Shown here: piece after piece, positions 1 through 8,708 of the stretch
Layout of the letters: every line of letters starts with the position of its first letter
How positions within the stretch are numbered: the first letter of the stretch is position 1
From: a virus
Lineage: Duplodnaviria; Heunggongvirae; Uroviricota; Caudoviricetes
Length of the DNA stretch: 11,298 nucleotides
IMG/VR virus record: IMGVR_UViG_2740892431_000017
Direction: 5' to 3' (one strand)
Notes under the pieces: model-generated
Seen by the model: only the letters and a program-made list of their open reading frames with translations
What the model was told of the DNA's origin: nothing
Database searches by the model: none
Program-made: the position numbers and the translations under genes

Positions 1-67
1 GGAAATTGTTGTCGCCATTGTTCGATTAACGCGTATTTTTCAGCGACTCCTGTGCAAAATACGCTGT

Positions 68-1288
68 TGTAGATTCAATCTGTCAATGCAACACCCCTTT
101 CAATTATCTCTTTCGGTGTTTTGAACTTCAGTGTCTTTCTCGGTCTGTTGTTTAGCTGAGCAGCAACCAGATCTAGTTCATGTTGAGTATATTGGGCAAG
201 ACATGTCTTTTTAGGAAAGTACTGCCGAATTAGCCCATTTGTGTTCTCATTTGTTCCCCGCTGCCAAGGACTCTGAGGATCGCAGAAGTAAACTTTAACG
301 CCGGTGCTGACAGTAAATTCTAGATGTCTGGCCAGTTCCATTCCTCTGTCCCATGTCAGTGATTTTCTGAGTTCTGACGGTAAACTCAGGAATTTGTCGG
401 TAAGAGCCTGATTTACTGAGACAGAATCTTTGCCCCTGAGTCTAAGGATGATCGTATAACGTGATTTTCGGTCTACAAGTGTGGCTATATGAGAGTTTTT
501 TGTACCTGAGACTAAATCGCCCTCCCAATGCCCCAGAGAGCGTCTGTTATCGATATTTCGGGAACGTTCGTGAATTGGTGTTCCGTTCACTATGTTAATC
601 GTACCTCTTTCGCCTTTGCGGGTATGACGCCTGCCATGGCGAAGGCTATGCGACCGTCGCAGATGCTGTATATTCAGGTGGTGTAGCGCTTCACGGCTAC
701 GAAAGTACAGCGTTTTATAAATTGTCTCAGGTGATATTCGCAGCGTTTTTTGACGTGGTTTTGTTCGCCTTAACCATCCTGATATTTGCTCTGGAGACCA
801 TTGCATCTCCAGCTTTTCCAGAACAAGCTTTCGCAATGGTAAATTTTGATCCAGTAAGCACGGTTTTGGCCTTTTCGCCATTCTGTTGGCTCGGTTATTA
901 GCATCAACAGCTTTGTAATAGCGTCTGCCCCGATTACGCTGAACTTCACGTGAGATCGTCGAAGGACTGCGATTCAGCGTAGTAGCTATCGCACGAATGC
1001 TCATTTTGGCTGACAAACCAGCTCGTATCTCCTCGCGCTCAGACAGTGTCAGGTGAGCTACAGCCCGCTTACGCTCATGGGGTTTTATGCCGCCAGTATC
1101 CCTTAACATAGTGAAGATCGTTGCGGGTTTTGAACCCAGGATATTCGCTATTTCACTGAAGCCTGTTCCGTTCTTCCATAGTTCAAAAACAGAGGCTTTT
1201 TCCTCTGCTGTAAATGTTCGTCTCATTCAAAAAACCTCCGCAACCCCATGTTTTCACATAACTGTTGCGTTGACCAATTGAATCTACA
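68..1288 (-). mobile_element. IS30 insertion sequence, complete (1221 bp) with 26-bp imperfect terminal inverted repeats and 2-bp target duplication
   Basis: Termini 68-93 tgtagattcaatctgtcaatgcaaca and 1263-1288 (reverse complement tgtagattcaattggtcaacgcaaca) match in 23 of 26 positions. Flanking GT at 66-67 and 1289-1290 is consistent with a 2-bp target site duplication. Single 383-aa transposase ORF inside. Confidence 0.92.
75..1226 (-). CDS. insI: IS30 family transposase (383 aa)
   Basis: 383-aa [34 protein letters not shown]... with N-terminal helix-turn-helix region and C-terminal DDE-type core; ATG at 1226-1224. Length and position within a 1221-bp element match IS30. Confidence 0.93.
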   Translation of the reverse strand: MRRTFTAEEKASVFELWKNGTGFSEIANILGSKPATIFTMLRDTGGIKPHERKRAVAHLTLSEREEIRAGLSAKMSIRAIATTLNRSPSTISREVQRNRGRRYYKAVDANNRANRMAKRPKPCLLDQNLPLRKLVLEKLEMQWSPEQISGWLRRTKPRQKTLRISPETIYKTLYFRSREALHHLNIQHLRRSHSLRHGRRHTRKGERGTINIVNGTPIHERSRNIDNRRSLGHWEGDLVSGTKNSHIATLVDRKSRYTIILRLRGKDSVSVNQALTDKFLSLPSELRKSLTWDRGMELARHLEFTVSTGVKVYFCDPQSPWQRGTNENTNGLIRQYFPKKTCLAQYTQHELDLVAAQLNNRPRKTLKFKTPKEIIERGVALTD

Positions 1289-2997
<1,709 letters not shown>

Positions 2998-3076
2998 GAT
3001 GAGTATCCTTTCAAGGGTTCTGTGTGGGTACAAACATTATCGAACCGGGAAATACCCGCAGTTGTACCCGCATCAG

Positions 3077-3116
3077 TAAGTTGATGTAGATTGAATCAGG
3101 TTGACTTAGGTTGAGT
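3077..3116. promoter_or_regulatory. Four tandem 10-bp-phased repeats (consensus nARGTTGAnn) between attP core and int start; candidate integrase arm-type binding sites or int promoter control
   Basis: Tandem 10-bp units: 3077-3086 taagttgatg, 3087-3096 tagattgaat, 3097-3106 caggttgact, 3107-3116 taggttgagt. One helical turn spacing; location in attP arm next to int 5-prime end. Confidence 0.35.
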
Positions 3117-3158
3117 GAAAAAGCGAGGAAAGCCTTGCGGATACTGGATTTTAGGCAC

Positions 3159-3182
3159 AAAAAAAGACGTCCGTTGACGTCT
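3159..3182 (-). terminator. Rho-independent terminator (minus strand) just downstream of the tRNA 3-prime-end mimic
   Basis: Stem AGACGTC (3165-3171), loop CGTT, stem GACGTCT (3176-3182), followed on the minus strand by a 7-nt U-tract (3159-3165). Confidence 0.5.
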
Positions 3183-3195
3183 ATTGATGTTCCGA

Positions 3196-3217
3196 TGGTG
3201 CGAAGGACGGACTCAAA
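3196..3217 (-). other. attP core candidate: tRNA-Leu 3-prime-end-like sequence (T-loop, acceptor arm, CCA) without the rest of a tRNA gene
   Basis: Minus strand reads TTTGAGTCCGTCCTTCGCACCA, resembling the T-loop/acceptor/CCA end of a tRNA (recalled leuX end GGTTCGAGTCCGGCCTTCGGCACCA). Sequence upstream on the minus strand is AT-rich and not tRNA-like, so this is a phage-borne core, not a tRNA gene. Confidence 0.5.
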
Positions 3218-3399
3218 CATCAAAATAAGTCAATGATAAAAAACAAATAATAAAACACAACAATGAAATATGCCCCCTTTTGTGCCCCCACTGTTTTTCT
3301 GACCAATCTATTTTCAGCCCATCAACAAATCGGAAAGTTAAATAATTTTTAATCAGTAAGTTTGGATCCGTAGTTCGGATCCAAACCAGTGCATCTTTT

Positions 3400-3720
3400 A
3401 TCCACATAAAAAATTTTTTTTCGGAAGAACTGTTCACACTGTTCACCTTTCTTTTTTCTCCTTTTATTTCATAGTGATAGGTGGTGAATAATGGGTGAAG
3501 GGTGAACATTCGATTCTTCACCTCCGGCATTCTGCCGGTGTGACTTGTGCAGGGGATTAATTTCCCGTGCTGAAATCACACCGGAAGAAAAAAGTTTTTT
3601 TTGATTTGATTGTTCACACTGTTCACCTTTCGTTTTTCTCTTTTAATTTCAGTGTGATAACGGGTGAATATACGGTGAAGGGTGAACAGTGGATTGTTCA
3701 CCTTCGGGGGATTCAGGGAT
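3400..3720. repeat. crr-like cis-replication region: two ~120-bp imperfect direct repeats, each carrying TGTTCACC / GGTGAACA iterons (alpha-protein binding octamers)
   Basis: Repeat unit 1 about 3411-3530 and unit 2 about 3591-3712, roughly 85 percent identical. Iterons include tgttcacc at 3440-3447 and 3620-3627, ggtgaaca at 3500-3507 and 3680-3687, tgttcacc at 3695-3702. Lies immediately downstream of alpha, as crr does in P4. Confidence 0.75.
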
Positions 3721-3745
3721 AAAAAAAGACCGGCAGATGCCGGTC
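3721..3745 (-). terminator. Rho-independent terminator of the leftward (alpha) operon
   Basis: Directly after the alpha stop (3762-3764): stem GACCGGC (3728-3734), loop AGAT, stem GCCGGTC (3739-3745), then 7 U on the minus strand (3721-3727). Confidence 0.7.
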
Positions 3746-3761
3746 AGATGAGTCATGATGG

Positions 3762-6095
3762 TCAGGTTGTTGCAGGGTCGTCACATTTTGGCAGCCAGTC
3801 GCCGTAGCTTTCCTCTTTCAGCGTCAGGTTGGTCTGTATCCCCTGTTTGGTATGGCGCTTCTCGTAATTCAGTCCGTATTCCTTCAGCATCACCGGCAGC
3901 CCCAGCCCGAACATTTTCAGACTGAGTACATTCCGGTAGCCGTTTGCCTCCATGTAGGCCAGATAGGCGTGATAGAGGTATTTACGGTAATTACGCGGGA
4001 TGATACTGGCGTTCCCCATATACATGCCGCTGGTCTGCGGCAGGGTTTCCAGATAGCCGATAAAATCAAACGTCGGGTCGGCATCCCGTTTGATGTTCAG
4101 TGCCTCGTCTGAGTTCTGCTGGGACTGAAGCAGTGACCGGGCGAGCATCGGGTCGCTGAACTTCTGCATCAGGTGACGCACGATGACCGCCAGCTCGCGG
4201 GTGATTTTGTCCTTAAGCTGCGGGTCGCGCTCCTGCGGGGCTATCTGTTCCGGGAAGTGAATAATCACCCGCCGGCGTGACACGCCGCCGCTGCGGTCGG
4301 TGAAGCGCATCGGGTTATTGTTCACGGCCAGAATCACCGCCGGGATGTGCGTGGAGTACGCATCCCGGTATTTCGGGTCAACGGACACTGCATCGCCGCC
4401 GGTGATGGCCTTGAGTCCGGCTCCGTCGCCGCTCCATTTTTCCTGGTCCGGCAGGCGTATCAGTGAGAAGCCAGTTAACGCGGCACGTTCACGCGGGGAT
4501 TCCAGCGTCTCGATGGTGGCCGACGTGGCGTTATCCTCACCGGCCAGCAGGGTGGCGATTTCGGCCATGATACTTTTGCCGCTGCCGCCGGGACCGGTCA
4601 CCTCCAGAAAGAGCTGCCAGTCGTAGCGGTTTGCCAGCACCATAAACAGTGCGGCCAGAATCACGTCGCGTTTTTCCGCACGGCCACCGGCGGCACGGTC
4701 AAGCCAGCGCCAGAACGCGGGGGCGTGGGTCTCCAGCGTTTCACCGTCCACCGGCGGGGTGAAATCCACATCGCACAGGGTGCGCATCCAGTGTGACGGA
4801 CTGTGCGGATGGAACGTGCCGTTCTGCGTGTCGAGCACGCCGTTACGAAAGCCAATCAGGCGGCGGGAGGGGGCTTCCTGCTGCGGAATAATCAGTTTCA
4901 GGGTGTCCACCACGGAGGCCACCTTCCCGGAGGAGAACGGCGCGCGCAGACGCTGAAACAGCCCGGCCACATCCCGGGCAAAGTCCTGTGGCGGCAGCAC
5001 CTTCCAGACACCATTTTCATAGCGGGACAGAAGCTGGCCGTTGGCATCGACCGCGAGCGCCTCGCCGTAATGCTCATAGATACGCATGGCCTTTTCGCTG
5101 GTACTCATGGCGGAAAACTCTGCTTCGCTCATGGTGTCGAACGGGCTTTCAGCCGGTGGCCGGATGGCATCGTAAATGGCCTTACGGGTGGCCTCCCCGC
5201 CGTACTGCGTGAAGGCATCATTCCAGTCACCGAAGACCGGCGGCAGGGCAACAACGCCCTCACACGCATCTGCGGCTGCGGCGGCTTTTTTCTGGCCGTC
5301 ACCGCTGAGGTCACGGTCTGCGGCAAGGACAATCTGACAGGCCGGATGCTTCTGCCGGGCAAGGCTGGCCAGAGAAAGGAGGTTCACGGAAGAAAGCGCC
5401 ACCATCACCGTTTCACCGGTCAGGTGATGCACGGTAAGTGCGGTCGCGTATCCCTCCGCTATCCACAGACGTTTTCCGGCCTGATTCTGTCCTTCAAGGG
5501 TGTGACAGGTGCCCCTGACCTGTCCGCCTTTCAGGGTGCGCTTACGGCCGTCAGCACTGATTAACTGAAGGTTAACCAGTTCGCCGCTGTCGTCATACAG
5601 TGGCACCACAAGGTCACCGGCGCGCCAGCTCACGCCACCGGCTCTGTGTGTGCCGGTCAGCATCCGGCATTCCCGGCCGGGAAAGCCCTTGCGGGTCAGG
5701 TAGGCGTTACCGGTTCCGGGACGGGTTTTTGCCATCAGGGTTTGTGCCAGTGCGGCGGCGTTCTTCCGGGCAGCGTCTGTTTCAGCAACGGCGGCGGCCG
5801 TCACTGCCGGGTCAGCCGGGGGCAGGCTGCCGGTCACGGCAGCCACCTTTGCGGCCGCGTCGGACGGAGAGACACCAAACACCTTTCCAACCAGTTTCAG
5901 GCCGTCACCGGCACCACACTGATTGCAGTACCAGGTGCCGCGCCCCTCCCTGTCATCAAAACGGAAGCGGTCACTCCCGCCACAGACCGGACAGGGCTGA
6001 TGACGGTTTTTCAGCACCTGAATCCCCAGCGCCGGGAGAATACGCGGCCAGTGGCCGAGCGCATGGCTGACGGTGGCGGTTACGTTCATTTTCAT
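3762..6095 (-). CDS. alpha: P4 alpha protein: bifunctional primase-helicase with C-terminal origin-binding domain (777 aa)
   Basis: 777-aa ORF with AAGGAG Shine-Dalgarno. N-terminal zinc-ribbon CPVCGGSDRFRF...YCNQCG and primase-type acidic motifs (LAADRDLSGDG), Walker A VTGPGGSGKS in the central helicase region. Length matches P4 alpha and cognate iterons are present at crr and ori. Confidence 0.93.
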   Translation of the reverse strand: MKMNVTATVSHALGHWPRILPALGIQVLKNRHQPCPVCGGSDRFRFDDREGRGTWYCNQCGAGDGLKLVGKVFGVSPSDAAAKVAAVTGSLPPADPAVTAAAVAETDAARKNAAALAQTLMAKTRPGTGNAYLTRKGFPGRECRMLTGTHRAGGVSWRAGDLVVPLYDDSGELVNLQLISADGRKRTLKGGQVRGTCHTLEGQNQAGKRLWIAEGYATALTVHHLTGETVMVALSSVNLLSLASLARQKHPACQIVLAADRDLSGDGQKKAAAAADACEGVVALPPVFGDWNDAFTQYGGEATRKAIYDAIRPPAESPFDTMSEAEFSAMSTSEKAMRIYEHYGEALAVDANGQLLSRYENGVWKVLPPQDFARDVAGLFQRLRAPFSSGKVASVVDTLKLIIPQQEAPSRRLIGFRNGVLDTQNGTFHPHSPSHWMRTLCDVDFTPPVDGETLETHAPAFWRWLDRAAGGRAEKRDVILAALFMVLANRYDWQLFLEVTGPGGSGKSIMAEIATLLAGEDNATSATIETLESPRERAALTGFSLIRLPDQEKWSGDGAGLKAITGGDAVSVDPKYRDAYSTHIPAVILAVNNNPMRFTDRSGGVSRRRVIIHFPEQIAPQERDPQLKDKITRELAVIVRHLMQKFSDPMLARSLLQSQQNSDEALNIKRDADPTFDFIGYLETLPQTSGMYMGNASIIPRNYRKYLYHAYLAYMEANGYRNVLSLKMFGLGLPVMLKEYGLNYEKRHTKQGIQTNLTLKEESYGDWLPKCDDPATT

Positions 6096-6109
6096 GGTGT
6101 TGTTCTCCT

Positions 6110-6430
6110 TCAGTGCAGTACCGGCGCTTTTATGTGACGGGCACAGAGTTCATCCATCACAACCAGCCCGAGAAAGGACAGCGACGGCGCGGCCTTCAGG
6201 GGGCCGGATTCCATTAAATCTTCCAGCAGGGCACAGGCTATCTGACGCCCTTTTTCCTCACCGTGCTGGCGCAGATAAAAGCCTTCCAGCTCAGCGGCGA
6301 TGGCCGCCTCCAGTGACTCAAGGGTGAGATGCGGGTAGCGGTGCTGACGTTCGCACACGGTCAGCCAGGCACAGGCGACAGCGCGACGGTAAAGGGCAGC
6401 ACGTAAGACGGGCGGTAAGGGTGTTTTCAT
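6110..6430 (-). CDS. cnr: Copy-number regulator Cnr-like protein (106 aa)
   Basis: 106-aa ORF directly upstream of alpha (stop 6110-6112, 14 nt before alpha ATG), with GGGAGGA Shine-Dalgarno before ATG 6430-6428. Assignment is by position and size. Confidence 0.7.
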
Positions 6431-6565
6431 TTGTTTTCCTCCCTGTGACAGATGACTGCATTCCGTGCCGGTTGCATTAACTGATAAGGCATATCTGCGT
6501 CTCCTGAAGACGTGCGTATCCCTGCGCGAATACGCACATTTAATTTTTCGGGTGTCGTTTTTTAA

Positions 6566-7021
6566 TTACAGATAATTGCGGTAACTGTTATCCGGGGTGA
6601 TTTCCGGGTCAGGCTCCGTGCGGGGAATTTCCCGCCATTCCCGCGCCACCGGTGCCGCCCGGCTGACCGGAACAGGGGCCTGCGGGTAAATATCCAGATA
6701 TTTCTCCCGCCATTTCTGTAATTCCGGGTCTCCGGCCATTTCTTTCAGTACCGCATGCCGGTTTACGGGGCTGCGTTTAAACAGGTCAGGACGGTCACAG
6801 GTAAATTCCCGCAGAAAACGCCCCAGCGGGATGTCTGTGGTGCGCCCGTCAGCGAGGATACGCACAAGGATACTGAATTTACGGCGGTACGGGTTCCAGA
6901 CAATGTCCGGGCAGCGGTACGGCATTTCCCACGGAATACCGTCTTCCAGAATGCCGACCACGGCCACATCGGGAAAACCGGCAGAACGGTAAATCTCACC
7001 GGGCTGGGGAAAATCAAACAT
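6566..7021 (-). CDS. P4 orf151-like protein (151 aa), function unknown
   Basis: 151-aa [22 protein letters not shown]... with GGGGAGA Shine-Dalgarno; its ATG (7021-7019) overlaps the epsilon stop. Size and position match orf151 of the P4 left operon. Confidence 0.75.
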   Translation of the reverse strand: MFDFPQPGEIYRSAGFPDVAVVGILEDGIPWEMPYRCPDIVWNPYRRKFSILVRILADGRTTDIPLGRFLREFTCDRPDLFKRSPVNRHAVLKEMAGDPELQKWREKYLDIYPQAPVPVSRAAPVAREWREIPRTEPDPEITPDNSYRNYL

Positions 7022-7301
7022 GCGTCTTGTCTCCCCGGTCTTTCTGCTGGGCGAGAAAATCGCGGCACAGGCCTTTGGCTTTCAGCTCATTCAGCACAAA
7101 ATCAATATCTTCATTCAGGTAGCTGAAAATATGCGGAATGTAGAGCTGATGCAGGCCGGAGAGTTCACGGTGAATCAAATCACCCCCAACAAACTGGGAT
7201 ACGGCGCTGGCGCGGTTGAGCTTATGGTAAGCCTCAATGCTGAGGTGTTCACGGGCGTCATGACGCGCTGAGACGGTCTGAGGGGCTTTTTTATTACGCA
7301 C
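7014..7301 (-). CDS. epsilon: Epsilon (helper P2 derepression / anti-repressor) protein, ~95 aa, probable GTG start
   Basis: The only open frame between kil and orf151. GTG at 7301-7299 is preceded by GGAGGTG with 6-nt spacing and overlaps the kil stop (GTGCGTAA); product [28 protein letters not shown]...KDRGDKTHV. The 147-aa track ORF extends upstream into kil in another frame and is likely not the true N-terminus. Confidence 0.6.
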   Translation of the reverse strand: MRNKKAPQTVSARHDAREHLSIEAYHKLNRASAVSQFVGGDLIHRELSGLHQLYIPHIFSYLNEDIDFVLNELKAKGLCRDFLAQQKDRGDKTHV

Positions 7302-7491
7302 GGGACACCTCCACCACCGGCAGACGGGCAGCAAGGGAGAGCACATAGTCACGGACAAGGGAACGGCGGGCACTGCGTTCATCACCGGCGACGGTGCGAA
7401 GCATGCAGATACGGGGATGACGGTCTGCGCGACGGACAGCCGCAAACACAAAGACAAATTCAGGGTGTGAAGGGGTAAGGGTTGTAGCCAT
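7294..7491 (-). CDS. kil: Kil-like small protein (65 aa), terminal part of the eta frame
   Basis: ATG 7491-7489 preceded by GGAGG at 9-nt spacing; product [65 protein letters not shown] (65 aa). Matches recalled P4 kil: 65 codons, first translated gene downstream of PLE, nested in eta. Confidence 0.6.
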   Translation of the reverse strand: MATTLTPSHPEFVFVFAAVRRADRHPRICMLRTVAGDERSARRSLVRDYVLSLAARLPVVEVSRA

Positions 7492-7893
7492 GATGGCAGC
7501 CTCCGTTAGATAGCAGGTTACGCTATCGCCGGAGTTTCCACGCTCGATGGCGATAGCCCAGACGGGGGTGGAAATACCGGCTCTAACGGATACCGGCCAG
7601 CCCGGAGGCTGCCCCGCCTGAGCTACCATTGACTCTGCGGCATAATGAGCGGACGCGGGCAGGATGCACGGAGTTCCATCTGCTCGACTGACCACACACC
7701 ACACCATAATCTGGCGCTCTGTGGCGTTGATTGCGACACAAAAAAAGACGCATGGCGCGTCATATGTCGCCGTTAGATTGCTCGGGTTTCCACGCCCGGC
7801 TGCCGATTTTGCGACAGCGGAAAAACTATATCCGCAAATGCCGGAAAAAGGCAAGCCAGAAAAAGGGACTTTTTGCAGAACAGGCATCATCAT
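7294..7893 (-). CDS. eta: Eta-like nested ORF (197-199 aa from three consecutive ATG codons), overlapping PLE, cI and kil
   Basis: Continuous frame from ATG ATG ATG (7893-7885, overlapping the vis stop) to TAA 7294-7296. Matches the recalled P4 eta description (three candidate starts, 197-199 aa, begins upstream of PLE, ends as kil). Whether a stable protein is made cannot be judged from sequence. Confidence 0.45.
   Translation of the reverse strand: MMMPVLQKVPFSGLPFSGICGYSFSAVAKSAAGRGNPSNLTATYDAPCVFFCVAINATERQIMVWCVVSRADGTPCILPASAHYAAESMVAQAGQPPGWPVSVRAGISTPVWAIAIERGNSGDSVTCYLTEAAIMATTLTPSHPEFVFVFAAVRRADRHPRICMLRTVAGDERSARRSLVRDYVLSLAARLPVVEVSRA
7550..7640 (-). ncRNA. cI: Candidate CI immunity RNA region (contains seqB); exact ends not determinable from sequence
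   Basis: seqB complementarity element plus nearby GC-rich stem potential. P4 immunity is mediated by a short processed RNA carrying seqB; boundaries here are approximate. Confidence 0.35.
7740..7761 (-). terminator. Candidate intrinsic terminator or attenuator just downstream of seqA
   Basis: Stem GACGC (7747-7751), loop ATGGC, stem GCGTC (7757-7761), followed on the minus strand by 7 U (7746-7740). Short stem, so weak. Confidence 0.35.
7825..7854 (-). promoter_or_regulatory. Candidate sigma70 early promoter (PLE-like) for the kil-epsilon-alpha operon
   Basis: Minus strand TTGCCT (7854-7849), 18-bp spacer, TATAGT (7830-7825); lies between the vis stop and seqA. Confidence 0.4.
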
Positions 7894-8156
7894 GCGTCGT
7901 ACCCCCGTTTGCGTCCGGCAATGCGGCCGGCCATCCATGCGGTGACTTCAGAGTGCAGCCAGGCCACATTTTTACCGCCAAGACTCACCTGCGGCGGAAA
8001 TTCCCCCTTACGGATGAGTTCGTAGATGGTCGAGCGTGACAGGCCGCACAGGTGCATCACTTCCGGAAGACGTAAAAAACGCTCCTGTGTGATGTCCGGC
8101 AGCGGCATCAGTGGCGTCACAGGGGCGGGAGACGGGGAAGAAAAAACAGCTTGCAT
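7890..8156 (-). CDS. vis: Vis: AlpA/excisionase-family DNA-binding regulator of late promoters and recombination directionality factor (88 aa)
   Basis: 88-aa ORF with GAGGT Shine-Dalgarno. Helix-turn-helix [44 protein letters not shown] is characteristic of the AlpA/Xis family; first gene after the leftward late promoter; size matches P4 orf88/vis. Confidence 0.85.
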   Translation of the reverse strand: MQAVFSSPSPAPVTPLMPLPDITQERFLRLPEVMHLCGLSRSTIYELIRKGEFPPQVSLGGKNVAWLHSEVTAWMAGRIAGRKRGYDA

Positions 8157-8258
8157 CGGGCTACCTCGTTAATGTCCATACAGCACCGGATAAGTCCGTC
8201 CGGCTTCGGGTAGCGCTTTATTTTGTGAATATTTTCGGCAGACGCAACAGGGGGGATT

Positions 8259-8276
8259 TGTTCCGGCAGCCTTACA
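8259..8276 (-). promoter_or_regulatory. Candidate Ogr/Delta-responsive late promoter element (PLL-like): TGT-N12-ACA dyad upstream of vis
   Basis: tgt(8259-8261), 12 nt, aca(8274-8276); centre about 110 bp upstream of the vis ATG. P2/P4 late promoters carry this dyad centred near -55. Confidence 0.4.
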
Positions 8277-8439
8277 ATGGCTGTGCATTTTTTGTACATC
8301 AGCGCCAGATAGCTTTAAAACGCTCTGGAAGGAGCTGGAAAAAATTATAGTGAAATACAAATTGTTTTTTCTTATTTATTTCAGTGAATTAATAAAAATA
8401 AAAAGTAATAAACAGCACAAAAAGCCCATCAACGGGTGA

Positions 8440-8550
8440 ACAGTGGTGAACAGACGGTGAACAGTCATTACTGCGATTGTTCACCCTTTAACTTACTGTA
8501 TTACTTATCTTTTTTCTTATTGTGAACAGAGATGAACAGTAAAATATAAA
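8440..8550. repeat. ori-like iteron cluster (GGTGAACAG direct repeats plus inverted TGTTCACC), about 4.8 kb from crr
   Basis: gggtgaacag 8444-8453, tggtgaacag 8454-8463, cggtgaacag 8465-8474, inverted tgttcacc 8488-8495, degenerate tgtgaacag 8530-8538 and gatgaacag 8540-8548. Same octamer as crr; the spacing matches the recalled ~4.5 kb ori-crr separation in P4. Confidence 0.7.
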
Positions 8551-8618
8551 AAAAACAAACAGTAAGCCGGTTTTTCCTGCGACCTTTTCCTGGCTTGCCG
8601 GTCTGAGGATGAGTCTCC

Positions 8619-8636
8619 TGTGTCAGGGCTGGCACA
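8619..8636 (+). promoter_or_regulatory. Candidate Delta/Ogr-activated late promoter element (Psid-like): TGT-N12-ACA dyad upstream of sid
   Basis: tgt(8619-8621)-gtcagggctggc-aca(8634-8636); centre about 80 bp upstream of the sid ATG, compatible with an activator site at -55 plus a short leader. Confidence 0.5.
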
Positions 8637-8708
8637 TCTGCAATGCGTCGTGTTGTTGTCCGGTGTACGTCACAATTTTCTTAACCTGAAGTGACGAGGA
8701 ACCGGAAA

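Larger units (their letters stand above)
7501..7797 (-). promoter_or_regulatory. P4-type RNA immunity triad: seqA (7768-7797), seqB (7564-7592) and seqC (7501-7545)
   Basis: Minus-strand transcript carries GCGUGGAAAC...AUCUAACGG twice (seqA and seqC) and the complementary CCGUUAGA...GUAUUUCCAC once between them (seqB). The seqC copy ends in CUAACGGAGG, overlapping the kil Shine-Dalgarno. Confidence 0.6.

Noticed and set aside
3196-3290. Complete tRNA gene at the tRNA-like motif
   Set aside because: Only about 22 nt resemble a tRNA 3-prime end; the sequence where the D- and anticodon arms would lie is AT-rich and cannot fold as a tRNA. Interpreted as an attP core.
3011-3530. Minus-strand ORFs of 70 and 105 aa (3011-3223, 3213-3530)
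   Set aside because: They span the attP arm, the tRNA-end mimic, a terminator and the crr iterons; AT-rich and repeat-driven, better explained as non-coding recombination and replication sequence.
3400-3720. CRISPR array suggested by short repeated units
   Set aside because: Repeats are 8-bp iterons in both orientations embedded in two long ~120-bp units, not regularly spaced identical repeats with unique spacers; they match alpha-protein binding sites.
3852-6137. Multiple long plus-strand ORFs inside alpha (for example 4803-5564 at 253 aa, 5600-6070, 5646-6137, 4300-4626)
   Set aside because: They are antisense to a 777-aa gene with clear primase-helicase motifs and a proper Shine-Dalgarno. 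Open antisense frames are expected in GC-rich coding DNA, and none has a credible start context.
7014-7457. Full 147-aa reading of the epsilon frame
   Set aside because: The upstream 52 codons overlap kil/eta in another frame and start at a TTG with no ribosome-binding site; a GTG start at 7301 with a good Shine-Dalgarno gives the expected ~95-aa product.
7664-8039. Plus-strand ORFs 7664-7945 and 7731-8039
   Set aside because: They are antisense to vis and the eta/immunity leader; the region is explained by minus-strand genes and regulatory RNA elements.
8283-8299. TGT...ACA element tgtgcattttttgtaca as the PLL activator site
   Set aside because: Spacing is N11 rather than N12; the adjacent 8259-8276 dyad has the canonical N12 spacing and was preferred, though neither is verified.
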